This document shows positions 35,981 to 47,544 of a stretch of 53,107 nucleotides of DNA, piece after piece. A program made the translations under genes and the position numbers. Every line of letters starts with the position of its first letter. Within the stretch, counting starts at the first letter, position 1. The notes beneath the pieces are model-generated. The model did no database searches and had not been told where the DNA came from. It saw only the letters and a list, made by a program, of their open reading frames with translations. The DNA comes from Macrostomum lignano (taxonomy: Eukaryota): the NCBI GenBank assembly GCA_002269645.1, contig NIVC01003241.1:56317-109423 (forward strand), given 5' to 3'.

Positions 35981-37044
35981 TGTAGTGAGTCGCTAGTTTA
36001 GTTAAGCGCCGCACTAGTCAGCTGTTGCCCTCGCCTTCTCCCCCGGTTTCTGTCTGCCGCTGGGCAGTTGCCTGTCCCTCCCGCCTGTCTCCTGGCCTGT
36101 CCTCTGCCCGTTTGTCTGTCTGTCTGTTTGTCCTCGTTTGCTCCCTTTTGTCTCGTTTTCCCTTTTTGCAGTGCCCAGACACCTTGGTCTGGCCTGCCTC
36201 TGTTTCGTTCTCTGTCAGGCATCTCCAAATTTGGAGTGCCTTTCTGTTTTCCGGTCCCACGGTCACGAGTGCCTTCACTTGTGGGCCGTTTCCCCTTGTC
36301 ATGTGAGTCAGTCACATGACAAGGCCCTCTTCCTTCTTTAGTCCAAAGTGCAATGATTTCATCATTGTACGCTGGGCTCGTGTTTATGGGGAGATCACGT
36401 GCACCCGGACCCCCCCCCTTTGCCTCCTCTGAGGCAGGGCCCGCTTTTTTGTTGCTAAAAATAGCAACAGAGTCACTTATGACTCTCAGCAGGGGCCTTT
36501 CGTAATGTGGTGCAATCGATCCTCCCTATAAATGCGGCCCCTCTCATGGCTTGGCTCAGACAACCGCCTTGCGTTCCCTTCCTTTCCTTCCGTTAACCGT
36601 TCCTTCCGTTTCAAGCGCCTTCCGTCTTCCGCGTTCCGTTCGTTTCTAGCGAACACTAAGTTGTGTGCCAAGTTGGCGCTTCAGTTGAACTCCAAGACTC
36701 CCGACTTTGCGCGTGACTGCCTCTGATTGTTCCTGCTATCAGCTAGCAGGCCAGCTCAGATCGCCCGAAGCTAGCACTTTCGCTCTCACCCCGCACCAGC
36801 CCGGCAGGGACTGCTGACGGTGGGCACCTCTGCGCGAGAACTGCTAAATCTGCACGAAGTGCGAGTCTCTTTCTCTCGTCTTAGTTATTTGCTTCTACGA
36901 GCTCAGCACCTCACCGAAGGCTGCGACTCTGCGAAGCTGGTGGCAGCACTACCAACGCTACTAGATCAACCCGGAGACTTCCCAGAGGAGCTCAAGCAAC
37001 TGTACTTCTAGACGCTATCGAGGAAAGTACAAGCAACCACTTCA
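35981..37044. mobile_element. Solo LTR (1064 bp), probably Ty3/Gypsy-type
   Basis: Starts TGTAGTG and ends CACTTCA (imperfect inverted ends, TG...CA). 4-bp TSD ACAA (35977-80, 37045-48). The satellite is interrupted and resumes. TATAAA at 36527. Confidence 0.8.
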
Positions 37045-38057
37045 ACAAGCTCGACTCTTCGCAAGCTTAAAAGGTATTGCCATAGTAACTTCTGCTAGCT
37101 CACAACTTTAAAACGAAATTCAGCGTTTGAATAACTTCGAGCTTGTAAAATCGACCAGCAATTGATTAGAGATTGCTTTCACAAAATTATGAAAGTAACA
37201 TTTAATACTCGTATTTAAAAGTTTACATAGTTCGGCTCATAATTTACAATTGAAACTACATGCATAGGCGACTTACCAGTGATGACTGTTTGGCCTGTCA
37301 AAACCAAATAAATTATCTAACCGGTTGCAGTCAGTGTCAACAGCAACTGGGCAGGGTTCGGACAGCTAAACATTTATGCCAGATCTGCTGCGTACTTCGT
37401 AATAAACAGCAACAGCTATCACTTTGCTGTGGTAGGTCGGTCGGGAATCGGTTCTGAAATGAGGTGGGGGGGGGCTGGATTGGGTTGGGTCTGTAGTTCG
37501 TGCAATGCTGTGCGTGCATCCAATATACTTGGCTATTTCTTCATCGCAGACATGTACAATATTTCTTTACCACCATCTAAGAGGGGCGAAAATTTTCTTA
37601 ATCCTTAGCATTTCAGAAATTCATAAGTCCGTTCGCCTTCAAGCAAATCGTTTTGGTGCAACTCTTTTTTTTGCTTCGCGTCAATCTTAGCTTATCTTGC
37701 AACAAACATTGCTGGCGAAGGAATTGTGCATTTTTTCGGATGGGTTTGGCCGCGATATTCCGGACTGACCGGTCAGGCGAGTTGTGGCAATAAGGCAAAC
37801 ACTTTACATAAGCTGTAAACACTTGTACTTTGTTTCGTTGAATTTAAGACATCGAGCAGTTGAATTCAGACTTTAAATTCGGAACCATTAGACAAAATTG
37901 TGCATTTTGTGATGCCCAAAGCAAAGACCGCATATGGGCTCAATCAGGTGTTTTCACGGGCCAAGTGGCGGGACAGGAATCGCAGTGTGTGAGCAAACCA
38001 GGCTGCACTCTTAGCAACCGTGATGAAATTTGACATTTGTCTATAGACATGTAGTGT

Positions 38058-38370
38058 TTTGACCATAGACAGTGTTTTGACCATAGACAGTGTTTCGACC
38101 ATAGACGGTGTTTTGACCATGGACAGTGTTTTGACCATAGACAGTGTTTTGACCATGGACAGTGTTTCGACCATAGACGGTGTTTTGACCATAGACGGTG
38201 TTTTGACCATAGACAGTGTTTTGACCATGGACAGTGTTTTGACCATAGACAGCGTTTCGACCATTGACGTGCTATGTTTTGACCATAGACGGTGTTTTGA
38301 CCATAGACATGCAGTGTTTTGACCATAGACAGTGTTTTTACTATAGACAGTGTTTTGACCATAGACGGTG
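38058..38370. repeat. 18-bp minisatellite (CCATAGACAGTGTTTTGA), about 17 copies
   Basis: Direct reading; 6-aa periodicity in the ORF track. Confidence 0.95.
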
Positions 38371-39054
38371 CAGCCTATTCAACACTGTACATATTGTGTG
38401 CCTTTCAAAGCTTCCAAACTGCAGGCTATTCTGGTATGCAACTTTGTCAAGACTGTGAAACGATAGTTAAAATAACTTACAGTTTTATTTTTTGTCTGAA
38501 AGAAATATTGCATATAACCATTTCTTTACTTCCGCCTGCCGCTCCTATATGTAGATATAGGACCAAACTTATAAATTTGCACTATTAACGAATGTTTACG
38601 TCCCGATAAAACTGAATATTCTAGTGATACTTTGACAATGTTTTGACTATAGACAAAAAAACAGAAACATTGGTTGAATATGATTTGACAGTGTCTTATA
38701 ATGAATGGTCGAATTCTTCAATAAATGATAAATGCTATAAAAACAAACTTTTAATATCTTTTATACGAATTTAAAAGCAGCAGTAGGAGCAGCAAAAGAA
38801 AAAGCAGCAACACTAACAGAAAGTTCGGCGTTCCGGCATGTTTTTAAGCCCGACGAAACGGCACAGCAATTTTTATTCTCATTCTTATGTTACAATAGAA
38901 TTCAGAATATAATATCTTATAGAACAGAATTCTTATTAAGATCAAGTATATTATTATAAGTTCTATCAATGTATTTTGCGTAAGTATACGAGCATAGCTA
39001 CGAGTATGATGTCAATGCGCTTCAGATATTAGAGTACGATATTTAAGATACGAC

Positions 39055-39810
39055 AGGGCAGAGAGGAGCCATACATAATGTACATTCATTTACAATACAG
39101 TAGGGCAGAGAGGAGCCATACATAATGTAAATTCATTTACGATACAATGGGGCAGAGAGGAGCCATACATAATGTACATTCATTTACAATACAGTAGGGC
39201 AGAGAGGAGCCATACATAATGTAAATTCATTTACGATACAATGGGGCAGAGAGGAGCCATACATAATGTACATTCATTTACAATACAGTAGGGCAGAGAG
39301 GAGCCATACATAATGTAAATTCATTTACGATACAATGGGGCAGAGAGGAGCCATACATAATGTACATTCATTTACAATACAGTAGGGCAGAGAGGAGCCA
39401 TACATAATGTAAATTCATTTACGATACAATGGGGCAGAGAGGAGCCATACATAATGTACATTCATTTACAATACAGTAGGGCAGAGAGGAGCCATACATA
39501 ATGTAAATTCATTTACGATACAATGGGGCAGAGAGGAGCCATACATAATGTACATTCATTTACGATACAATGGGGCAGAGAGGAACAATAGATAATGTAC
39601 ATTCATTTACGATACAATGGGGCAGAGAGGAACCATAGATAATGTAAATTCATTTACGATACAATGGGGCAGAGAGGAGCCATAGATAATGTACATTCAT
39701 TTACGATACAATGGGGCAGAGAGGAACCATAGATAATGTACATTCATTTACGATACAATGGGGCAGAGAGGAGCCATAGAAAATGTACCTTCATTTACGA
39801 TACAATGGGG
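39055..39810. repeat. 47-bp minisatellite (GGGGCAGAGAGGAGCCATACATAATGTACATTCATTTACGATACAAT), about 16 copies, alternating two variants
   Basis: GAGAGGAGCC recurs at 39061 and 39108 (period 47). Confidence 0.95.
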
Positions 39811-39942
39811 CAAGGAGATATAAACAATGTACACTCTTTACCTAACAGCCATATGCCTAGAGGGGGTCGCCGCGAGCAAGATAAGGAAGGGAAAGCGAGA
39901 CGAGGATAAAAAGGACAAAGCGAAGTGTACACAATAATACAC

Positions 39943-42900
39943 CTAGTCAGTCTCGCCAAGGCAGGTGGTGCGCACGATCATTTCGGTTACGCTGTAGGGA
40001 TCACAGTTAGAAGCTGGACGACGATCCTCTATGTAGCCGCAGCCCTCGTCGCTGCACTGACGCGGAATCCGAATCGAGGAGCCGCGATGTGCCACGCCTT
40101 CAATAAAGAGTTCAATTGAATGAGCTTGGAATGTTTTTGGAGGCCGGCAGAATTATCGGGCCCTAAAATCAGTGTCTACCGGGCCCTAAGATCAGTGTCT
40201 ACCAGGTCCTAAAATCAGTGTCTACCAGGCCCTAAAATCACAGCCTACCAGGCCTTAAAACCAGTGTCCACCGGGCCCTAAAGTCAGTGTCTACCGAGCC
40301 CTAAAATCAGTGTCTACTGGGCCCTAAAGTCAGTGTCTACCAGGCCCTAAAGTCAGTGTCTACCAGGCCCTAAAGTCAGTGTCTACCGAGCCCTAAAGTC
40401 AGTGTCTACTAGGCCCTAAAATCAGTGTCTACCAGGTCCTAAAATCAGTGTCTACCAGGCCCTAAAATCACAGCCTACCAGGCCTTAAAACCAGTGTCCA
40501 CCGGGCCCTAAAGTCAGTGTCTACCAAGCCCTAAAATCAGTGTCTACTGGGCCCTAAAGTCAGTGTCTACCAGGCCCTAAAGTCAGTGTCTACCAGGCCC
40601 TAAAGTCAGTGTCTACCGAGCCCTAAAGTCAGTGTCTACTAGGCCCTAAAATCAGTGTCTACCAGGTCCTAAAATCAGTGTCTACCAGGCCCTAAAATCA
40701 CAGCCTACCAGGCCTTAAAACCAGTGTCCACCGGGCCCTAAAGTCAGTGTCTACCAAGCCCTAAAATCAGTGTCTACTGGGCCCTAAATTCAGTGTCTAC
40801 CAGGCCCTAAAATCAAAGCCTAAAGGGCCTTTAAATCAGTGTCTCCCAGGCCCTAAAATTGGTGTCTTAACGGGCCCTAAAGTCAGTGTCTACTAGGCCC
40901 TAAAATCAGTTTCTACCGGACCCTAAAATCAGTGTCAACCAACCCCTAAAGTTAGTGTCTACCGAGCCCTAAAGTCAGTCTCTACCGAGTTCTAAAGTTA
41001 GTGTCCACCGGGCCCTAAAACCAGGGTCTAACCGACGCCAACACGCGGCCGAAACTGCCCACAATCCTCACCATAGCTGAACTTGTCAATGCTAGACGTC
41101 TCGTGCAGGCCAGTCAGTCACCGCTTGTTGTCGGCGCCCCCGTGCGGATCGTAGGCCCGGATGTGAGATGCGTGTCGCTTGCCCAACTTTTCGATAGCCT
41201 CAATCATGACCTTCATGCCGCCAGGCTGTCGCATGGCCCCAGTGCTATAGTTGGTATGGGCGCCGGCCCCGTTCCAGTCTCCTGGCATTGGTTTCGGATC
41301 GAAGCTGACTACAATGCCAAAATCTTCGGCCACCCGATGCAGCAGGAACCGAGCCAGCCACAGGTGATCGCCCATATCGATGCCTTCGCATGGTCCAACC
41401 TGGAATTCCCATTGGGCCGGCATCACCTCGGCATTCTCGCCGGCGATCTTCACTTCGGAGTACAGGCAGGCTCGGTAGTGAGCCTCGACCACGTCTCGGC
41501 CGTAGACTTTGTTGGCTCCGACCCCGGTGTAGTACGGACCCTGCGGTCCCGGGAAGCCGTTCTTCGGCCAGCCAAACGGGTGCAGATCCGTGTCCTGCAG
41601 GGTGTACTCCTGCTCGATGCCAAACCAGGGATGCTGATCTTTGACCTTCTGCATCACCTCATTGCAGGAGTGACGCTTATTAGTCCTGTGCACTGTGCCA
41701 TCGTGAGAATAGGTCTCACACAGTACCAGCCTGTTGTTGCCGCCTCTGAATGGATCTTTGAACAGGGCAACCGGGTGAATCATCACGTCGGAATTGTGGC
41801 CTTCGGCTTGGCCCGTGCTGGACCCATCGAAATTCCAGATTGGCAGTTCTGGCGTAAAGAAAGAACGTTCACATGTGCACTACATGGCATGTATACTCCT
41901 TGTGACAACCCCCCTTAGGCCAATTTTTTTGAACAATACTACTAATAGTAGCTGTGGCTGGGAGTGAAATGAACTTTTTGAATGCGCAAAACCAGGAGGG
42001 TAAACCGGTGTTTCTTTCCTCCTGTCTTCACTCACTCAGCTTCTAAACACTTTCTCACTTTAAGTACGAGTAGCGTACGCAGGAGGGAGTCCCGAGGGGG
42101 GGGGGCTTTCGCTCCTCCAAAAAATGAGAGAGAATGAGAGGCGACCAAGCTCAACGAATGGCACGAGCTCAACTTTTGCCAACTTAGGACGTGGCATCTA
42201 CCGGCCTAGAGGACAGGAGCGCCCACTAAAAGACAGGGGCGCCAACCAAGGGACAGGGGCTACCACCAAGAGACAGGGGCGCCCACTAAAAGACAGCGGC
42301 GCCAAACAGCGGCGCCAACTAGCGGCGCCAACCAGGGGCGCCCACCAAGAGACAGGGGCACCCACCAAGAGACAGGGGCACCCATCAAGAGACAGGGGCA
42401 CCCATCAAGAGACAGGGGCACCCACCAAGAGACAGGGGCACCCATCAAGAGACAGGGGCACCCACCAAGAGACAGGGGCACCCATCAAGAGACAGGGGCA
42501 CCCATCAAGAGACAGGGGCACCCACCAAGAGACAGCGGCACCCATCAAGAGACAGGGGCACCCACCAAGAGACAGGGGCACCCATCAAGAGACAGGGGCA
42601 CCGACCAAAAGAAACAGAATACAGTGAAAACTTGTGTGCACTGCCATATTCATAAGTAGATCAAGTGCATATATCTAATTAGTTCTTTTTAATTAATAAC
42701 CTTTAGGCGACTTAGGCGTGAAGTCCACTGTTCGAGACTTGGCACGCAGATTCTCCCCTGAGCCATCGATCCAGATGTACATGCACTGCACTTTGTCGGC
42801 TGGCTGAGGCAGAGCCAAGTAGCGCTGTGAGAATCAAGGTGAGAAAAAAAGTGACAGGTGACCCGGTCTAGATATACAACAGGTGACAGGGTCTATATAA

Positions 42901-43764
42901 CAGGTGACTGGGTCTGTATAACAGGTGACAGGGTCTACATAACAGGTGACAGGGTCTATATAACAGGTGACAGGGTCTATAAAACAGGTGACAGGGTCTA
43001 GCAGGTGACAGGGTCTACATAACAGGTGACAGGTTCTAGATATATAACAGGTGACAGGGTCTATATAACAGGTGACAGGGTCTATATAACAGGTGACAGG
43101 GTCTATATAACAGGTGACAGGGTCTATATAATAGGTGACAGGGTCTAACAGGTGACAGGGTCTACATAACAGGTGACAGGGTCTAGATATATAACAGGTG
43201 ACAGGGTCTATGTAACAGGTGACAGGGTCTATATAACAGGTGACAGGGTCTATATAACAGGTGACAGGGTCTATATAACAAGTGACGGGGTCTATAAAAC
43301 AGGTGACAGGGTCTATATAATAGGTGACAGGGTCTAACAGTTGACAGGGTCTACATAACAGGTGACAGGGTTTAGATATATAACAGGTGACAGGGTCTAT
43401 GTAACAGGTGACAGGGTCTACATAACAGGTGACAGGGTCTATATAACAAGTGACGGGTCTATAAAACAGGTGACAGGGTCTATATATACAACAGGTGACA
43501 GGGTTTATATAACAGGTAACTGGGTCTATATAACAGGCAACTGGGTCTATGTAACAGGCAACTGGGTCTATGTAACAGGCAACTGGGTCTATGTAACAGG
43601 CAACTGGGTCTATGTAACAGGTCACTGGGTCTATGTAACAGGTGACAGGGTCTATATAACAGGTGACAGGGTCTACATAACAGGTGACAGGATCTATATA
43701 ACAGAATATATGCAGAACTCACCATCAAGGCAGTCTTGTTAGTAACATTAGTAATGCCCAACAT
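39943..43764 (-). CDS. glul: Glutamine synthetase type II (365 codons) carrying an in-frame TGA at 41118-41120; possibly a null copy
   Basis: Exons complement(43723-43764, 42701-42824, 41072-41848, 39943-40097) = 1098 nt, phases 0,1,1. Motifs [84 protein letters not shown]. Confidence 0.95.
40157..41025. repeat. 23-bp minisatellite (GGCCCTAAAATCAGTGTCTACCA) with a 230-bp higher-order repeat; fills GS intron 3
   Basis: Variant CAGCCTACCA recurs at 40241, 40471 and 40701. Confidence 0.96.
42340..42610. repeat. 20-bp minisatellite (AGAGACAGGGGCACCCACCA) in GS intron 2
   Basis: Direct reading; degenerate copies extend left to about 42215. Confidence 0.93.
42852..43705. repeat. 21-bp minisatellite (ACAGGTGACAGGGTCTATATA), about 40 copies; fills GS intron 1
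   Basis: Direct reading; 7-aa periodicity DPVTCYI. Confidence 0.96.
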
Positions 43765-44448
43765 TGTTATAATGTATGTGCTGCTAATTAGCTGATGCAA
43801 TACAGTTTCAAAGTCATTTTGTAATCATTCACGACCTCAGCTCATATAGGGTCTGAATGTACTCTTGGCCTGGAAAAATGTACACTCAGCAAGAGAATTC
43901 CAGAGTGAGCTGTTCTTTCCGGTTTAAACCAAAATTAACCGCCGACCCCACTGGTATGAGAGAGGCATGAGAGAATGAATGAGCACTAGCATTGGTCCGA
44001 GTCACTGCTCGCCTGCTCGGTTTCCAGTTTAAACAGGAACTCTTATTGCCTCAATGTCAACACCTGTCTGCCCTTCACAGTCAATCACTCAGTGTTTCGC
44101 GCTCTAAAAAGTGTTTTTTCATACTTAAAAAATACAGAATAAGAACACTGTTCAAATTTGAATATTTTTATTAGTATAAAACTAACTAACAACCGACAAG
44201 ATTCAATGTATATTTTATATACTTAATACTCATACTTATAAAGTGAAGTACATAGACCCAAATAAACTTCTACAAATAGCATAAATAGCAGTTAGCGAAA
44301 AAAGTTACACAGAGTAGCAATTTAGGAATTCAATTACTAAACCCGTAGTTAAAATTTAATTAGACATAAGTAGAAAAAATCACTTTTTGTTATTCTGAAA
44401 TTGACATGGAAGAAACACAATTTATGGTGTGCGAACTCACTGCCGATA

Positions 44449-45263
44449 GTTTGAGTTTGAGTTTGGGTTTGAGTTTGGGTTTGAGTTTGGGTTTGGGTTT
44501 GAGTTTGGGTTTGGGTTTGAGTTTGGGTTTGAGTTTGAGTTTGGGTTTGAGTTTGAGTTTGGGTTTGGGTTTGAGTTTGGGTTTGGGTTTGAGTTTGAGT
44601 TTGGGTTTGGGTTTGAGTTTGGGTTTGAGTTTGAGTTTGGGTTTGGGTTTGAGTTTGGGTTTGGGTTTGGGTTTGAGCTTGGGTTTGGGTTTGAGTTTGG
44701 GTTTGAGTTTGGGTTTGAGCTTGGGTTTGGGTTTGAGTTTGGGTTTGGGTTTGAGTTTGAGTTTGAGTTTGGGTTTGAGTTTGAGTTTGGGTTTGAGCTT
44801 GGGTTTGAGTTGGAGTTTGGGTTTGGGTTTGAGTTTGGGTTTGAGTTTGGGTTTGAGCTTGGGTTTGGGTTTGAGTTTGGGTTTGAGTTTGGGTTTGAGT
44901 TTGGGTTTGGGTTTGAGTTTGGGTTTGGGTTTGAGCTTGGGTTTGGGTTTGAGTTTGGGTTTGAGTTTGGGTTTGAGCTTGGGTTTGGGTTTGGGTTTGA
45001 GTTGGAGTTTGGGTTTGGGTTTGAGTTTGGGTTTGAGTTTGAGTTTGGGTTTGAGTTTGGGTTTGAGTTTGGGTTTGAGTTTGGGTTTGGGTTTGAGTTT
45101 GGGTTTGAGCTTGGGTTTGGGTTTGAGTTTGGGTTTGAGTTTGGGTTTGGGTTTGAGTTTGGGTTTGGGTTTGGGTTTGGGTTTGAGTTTAGGTTTGGGT
45201 TTGAGTTTGGGTTTGAGCTTGGGTTTGAGTTTGGGTTTGAGCTTTGGTTTGAGTTTGAGTTTG
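44449..45263. repeat. Hexamer microsatellite (GRGTTT)n mixing GGGTTT and GAGTTT, about 135 units
   Basis: Direct reading. Confidence 0.97.
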
Positions 45264-45398
45264 CGTTAGGGTCGCCAGTGAAACTATGGCAGTTGTAGGT
45301 TCAGGAGACTCCTAATGTGAATAAGTAACAAGCCACTTTAGCTAAATGAATAATATTTGAAATTTAAATGCCCATTAGTCCTGATGCGTCAAGTCAAA

Positions 45399-46685
45399 CT
45401 AGGTGTACAACAGATGAGGCACAGTCAGAGGCACAGTTGGCCACATTTTACCATCATCGGCCTGGCAACAGGCCAGCACCAGGCTGCGACCTCTACTAAT
45501 AGCCAAAGATTGATCGCCAGTCCAGGCCAATCCGCCAACCACTTCGTCGCCAAACTCGGCCATAGACGCTATGGAGAACCTGTCCGGCTTAGGCAGACTC
45601 GCGATCATTGGGGCGCTTTCTAAGAAATCGACAACGTAGACGCCGCCGTCGCTGGTGGAAGCCGCGGCAACTGGCTGTCTGGCTTCGCCGCCTCCAGAGC
45701 AACGAACTCGAGTCACCCTGCTGGAAGCCACTCGCCCCAGCTGCACCTCCGCTGCACTCGAACTCTGACCCCGCAGATCGTGCAGCCTCAATCGGCCGTC
45801 GATCCCGCCAGTTACTAAGCGACAGTCGTCGAGCCAATCCAGACAGCGCGCATAGCAACCGTCGTTGCCAGGGAAACACGCCGCCGACGCCACTACTCCG
45901 GAAGCTGCAACCAGACGCTGTCGGAGGTCCCAAACTCGAACCCGACCGTCGGCGGAGCAAGTTGCCAATCGGCCAGACTTCGACGATCCGGCCGCAGACA
46001 CGAGCGGCGACGCGCTGCCACCGGCCGTCCAAGTGTTCAAGGACACGAGCCCGCCGTCTGACTCCACCTGCCACAGTTTAACCTGCCTATCCGATCCGCC
46101 ACTAATCGATACGAATCGACATTCGTCAGTAGTGGTCGAATTTCCCACCGGGGTCAGACAGGCTACGCCAGAGTCGTGCTCAGTTCGAAGGCTGCAATGC
46201 CGCTCGCCAGCCAGCGGATTCGTCACCGCCGCCACGCTGCCATCGTCACCGGCAAGCGCCAGCAGACGTCGCTGCTGACTGCCGATTGGCAGAAAGCAGC
46301 AGTCGCTGATGCTCACCCGCTGCACTTTATCCCAACCTAGTGGGCCTTCCAGCACTAGCGGAGCGCAGGCTGGCGTAGCCGTAGCGGCCGTCGCCGCAGC
46401 GGGGCCGGTTGCCAATGACAACCGTAGAAACAGTACGCGACCCTGCCACAGCCTGCCTGTGATGGTGTTCACAGCTACGGCTACTACTTGATCTTGTCCG
46501 ACTGGGACACCGTCCAAACCGACTGACTCGCCTTCGGCCGAGCCGAGGCCGCTGGCAACGCTGACGGATTCGAATCGATGGGCTCGCTGGTTGAGCAGCT
46601 GGTGACAAGTCTCTCCTGGATTCATCTGCTGTGGCTGCTTAGCAGACCAGTCACCCCCGCCTTGTTGATCCGTCTGTACAGACAT
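45399..46685 (-). CDS. wdr77: WD40-repeat protein, methylosome protein 50 (WDR77/MEP50)-like, single exon
   Basis: 428-aa ORF with AVNTITGRLWQG (cf. ASSLSGRCWAG), EHDSGVACL, SGGSDRQVKLW and ATCSADGRVRVWDLR, in MEP50 order. Orthology is recalled, not searched. Confidence 0.78.
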   Translation of the reverse strand: MSVQTDQQGGGDWSAKQPQQMNPGETCHQLLNQRAHRFESVSVASGLGSAEGESVGLDGVPVGQDQVVAVAVNTITGRLWQGRVLFLRLSLATGPAAATAATATPACAPLVLEGPLGWDKVQRVSISDCCFLPIGSQQRRLLALAGDDGSVAAVTNPLAGERHCSLRTEHDSGVACLTPVGNSTTTDECRFVSISGGSDRQVKLWQVESDGGLVSLNTWTAGGSASPLVSAAGSSKSGRLATCSADGRVRVWDLRQRLVAASGVVASAACFPGNDGCYARCLDWLDDCRLVTGGIDGRLRLHDLRGQSSSAAEVQLGRVASSRVTRVRCSGGGEARQPVAAASTSDGGVYVVDFLESAPMIASLPKPDRFSIASMAEFGDEVVGGLAWTGDQSLAISRGRSLVLACCQADDGKMWPTVPLTVPHLLYT

Positions 46686-47544
46686 GAATTTATTTCCAAC
46701 AGCAAAAATTATGAAAATGTAAAATAAATTGGACCGACTTTAGAGAGACCTAATTTGGACAAAAGTACTAATATAAAAACTCGCACGATATGTTCACACA
46801 AATCCAAACCCAACCGATGTTTGTTCACACAAATCCAAACGATATATTCACACAAATTAAAACGATATTCACACAAATTCTAACGATTTCACACAAACTC
46901 GACGACTCAATAGACTCACTCGAAGGCTCACAAAAACACAAAAGGCCACTAATGAAAGTTACACTAGCTTTAAAATTTATATAAAATAAATAAACAATAA
47001 AGAGACATTTAGTGAACCAAAACCTTGTGAATATATTAATATATGCATAACGTTTTGTTATATCGATGTATTTCAAACAAGAAAAGACCTAACTGAATTG
47101 CATTGCATTGCTTTCAACAGTCTTTAGACTTGTGGAGAAATGCCGAAATAAATAAGGGTGTTTAAAAAATTGATGCATAGCCCTGGATGGGGTTTGGCCA
47201 TAGAAAAATTTGGTCTAGAAAAATGCACTACAGAGACAGGCGGAAAAATGCTGAGAACATCATTTCCTTTAACACATTAACAATAGTGCCTGTACAAAGT
47301 TAAAATCTTTGTCTTCTAAATTGTTATTCCCCTTTATTTTGTTGCCGCCCCAACGGGGCGGCGCTGATGCTAGTCCACTATACTAAAAATTTAGTACGTA
47401 AGTGATAGTTGAGATTCTGTAATTCTAGAAACCAATAACAACTTTAAATAGGCAAATTAAAGTCTAAACCAGGCTTTCAAAAAAGCGTCAAGACCCATCC
47501 ATCCCCTCACTGTAGCAGCAGTCCTATAATCTACCACAGAAACA

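Noticed and set aside
41118-41120. Selenocysteine interpretation of the GS TGA
   Set aside because: The homologous residue is an invariant Arg, not Cys, and I saw no SECIS-like hairpin after the stop at 39943.
41103-41918. 271-aa plus-strand ORF
   Set aside because: Antisense shadow of the glutamine synthetase exon.
24215-43705. CRISPR-like appearance of the many regular arrays (16, 18, 21, 23, 25, 47 bp)
   Set aside because: Units are head-to-tail with no unique spacers, there are no cas genes, and the context is intron-containing eukaryotic DNA.
44406-45298. (SLGL)n/(FEFG)n ORFs or a true telomere
   Set aside because: Hexamer microsatellite with genes on both sides; not TTAGGG.
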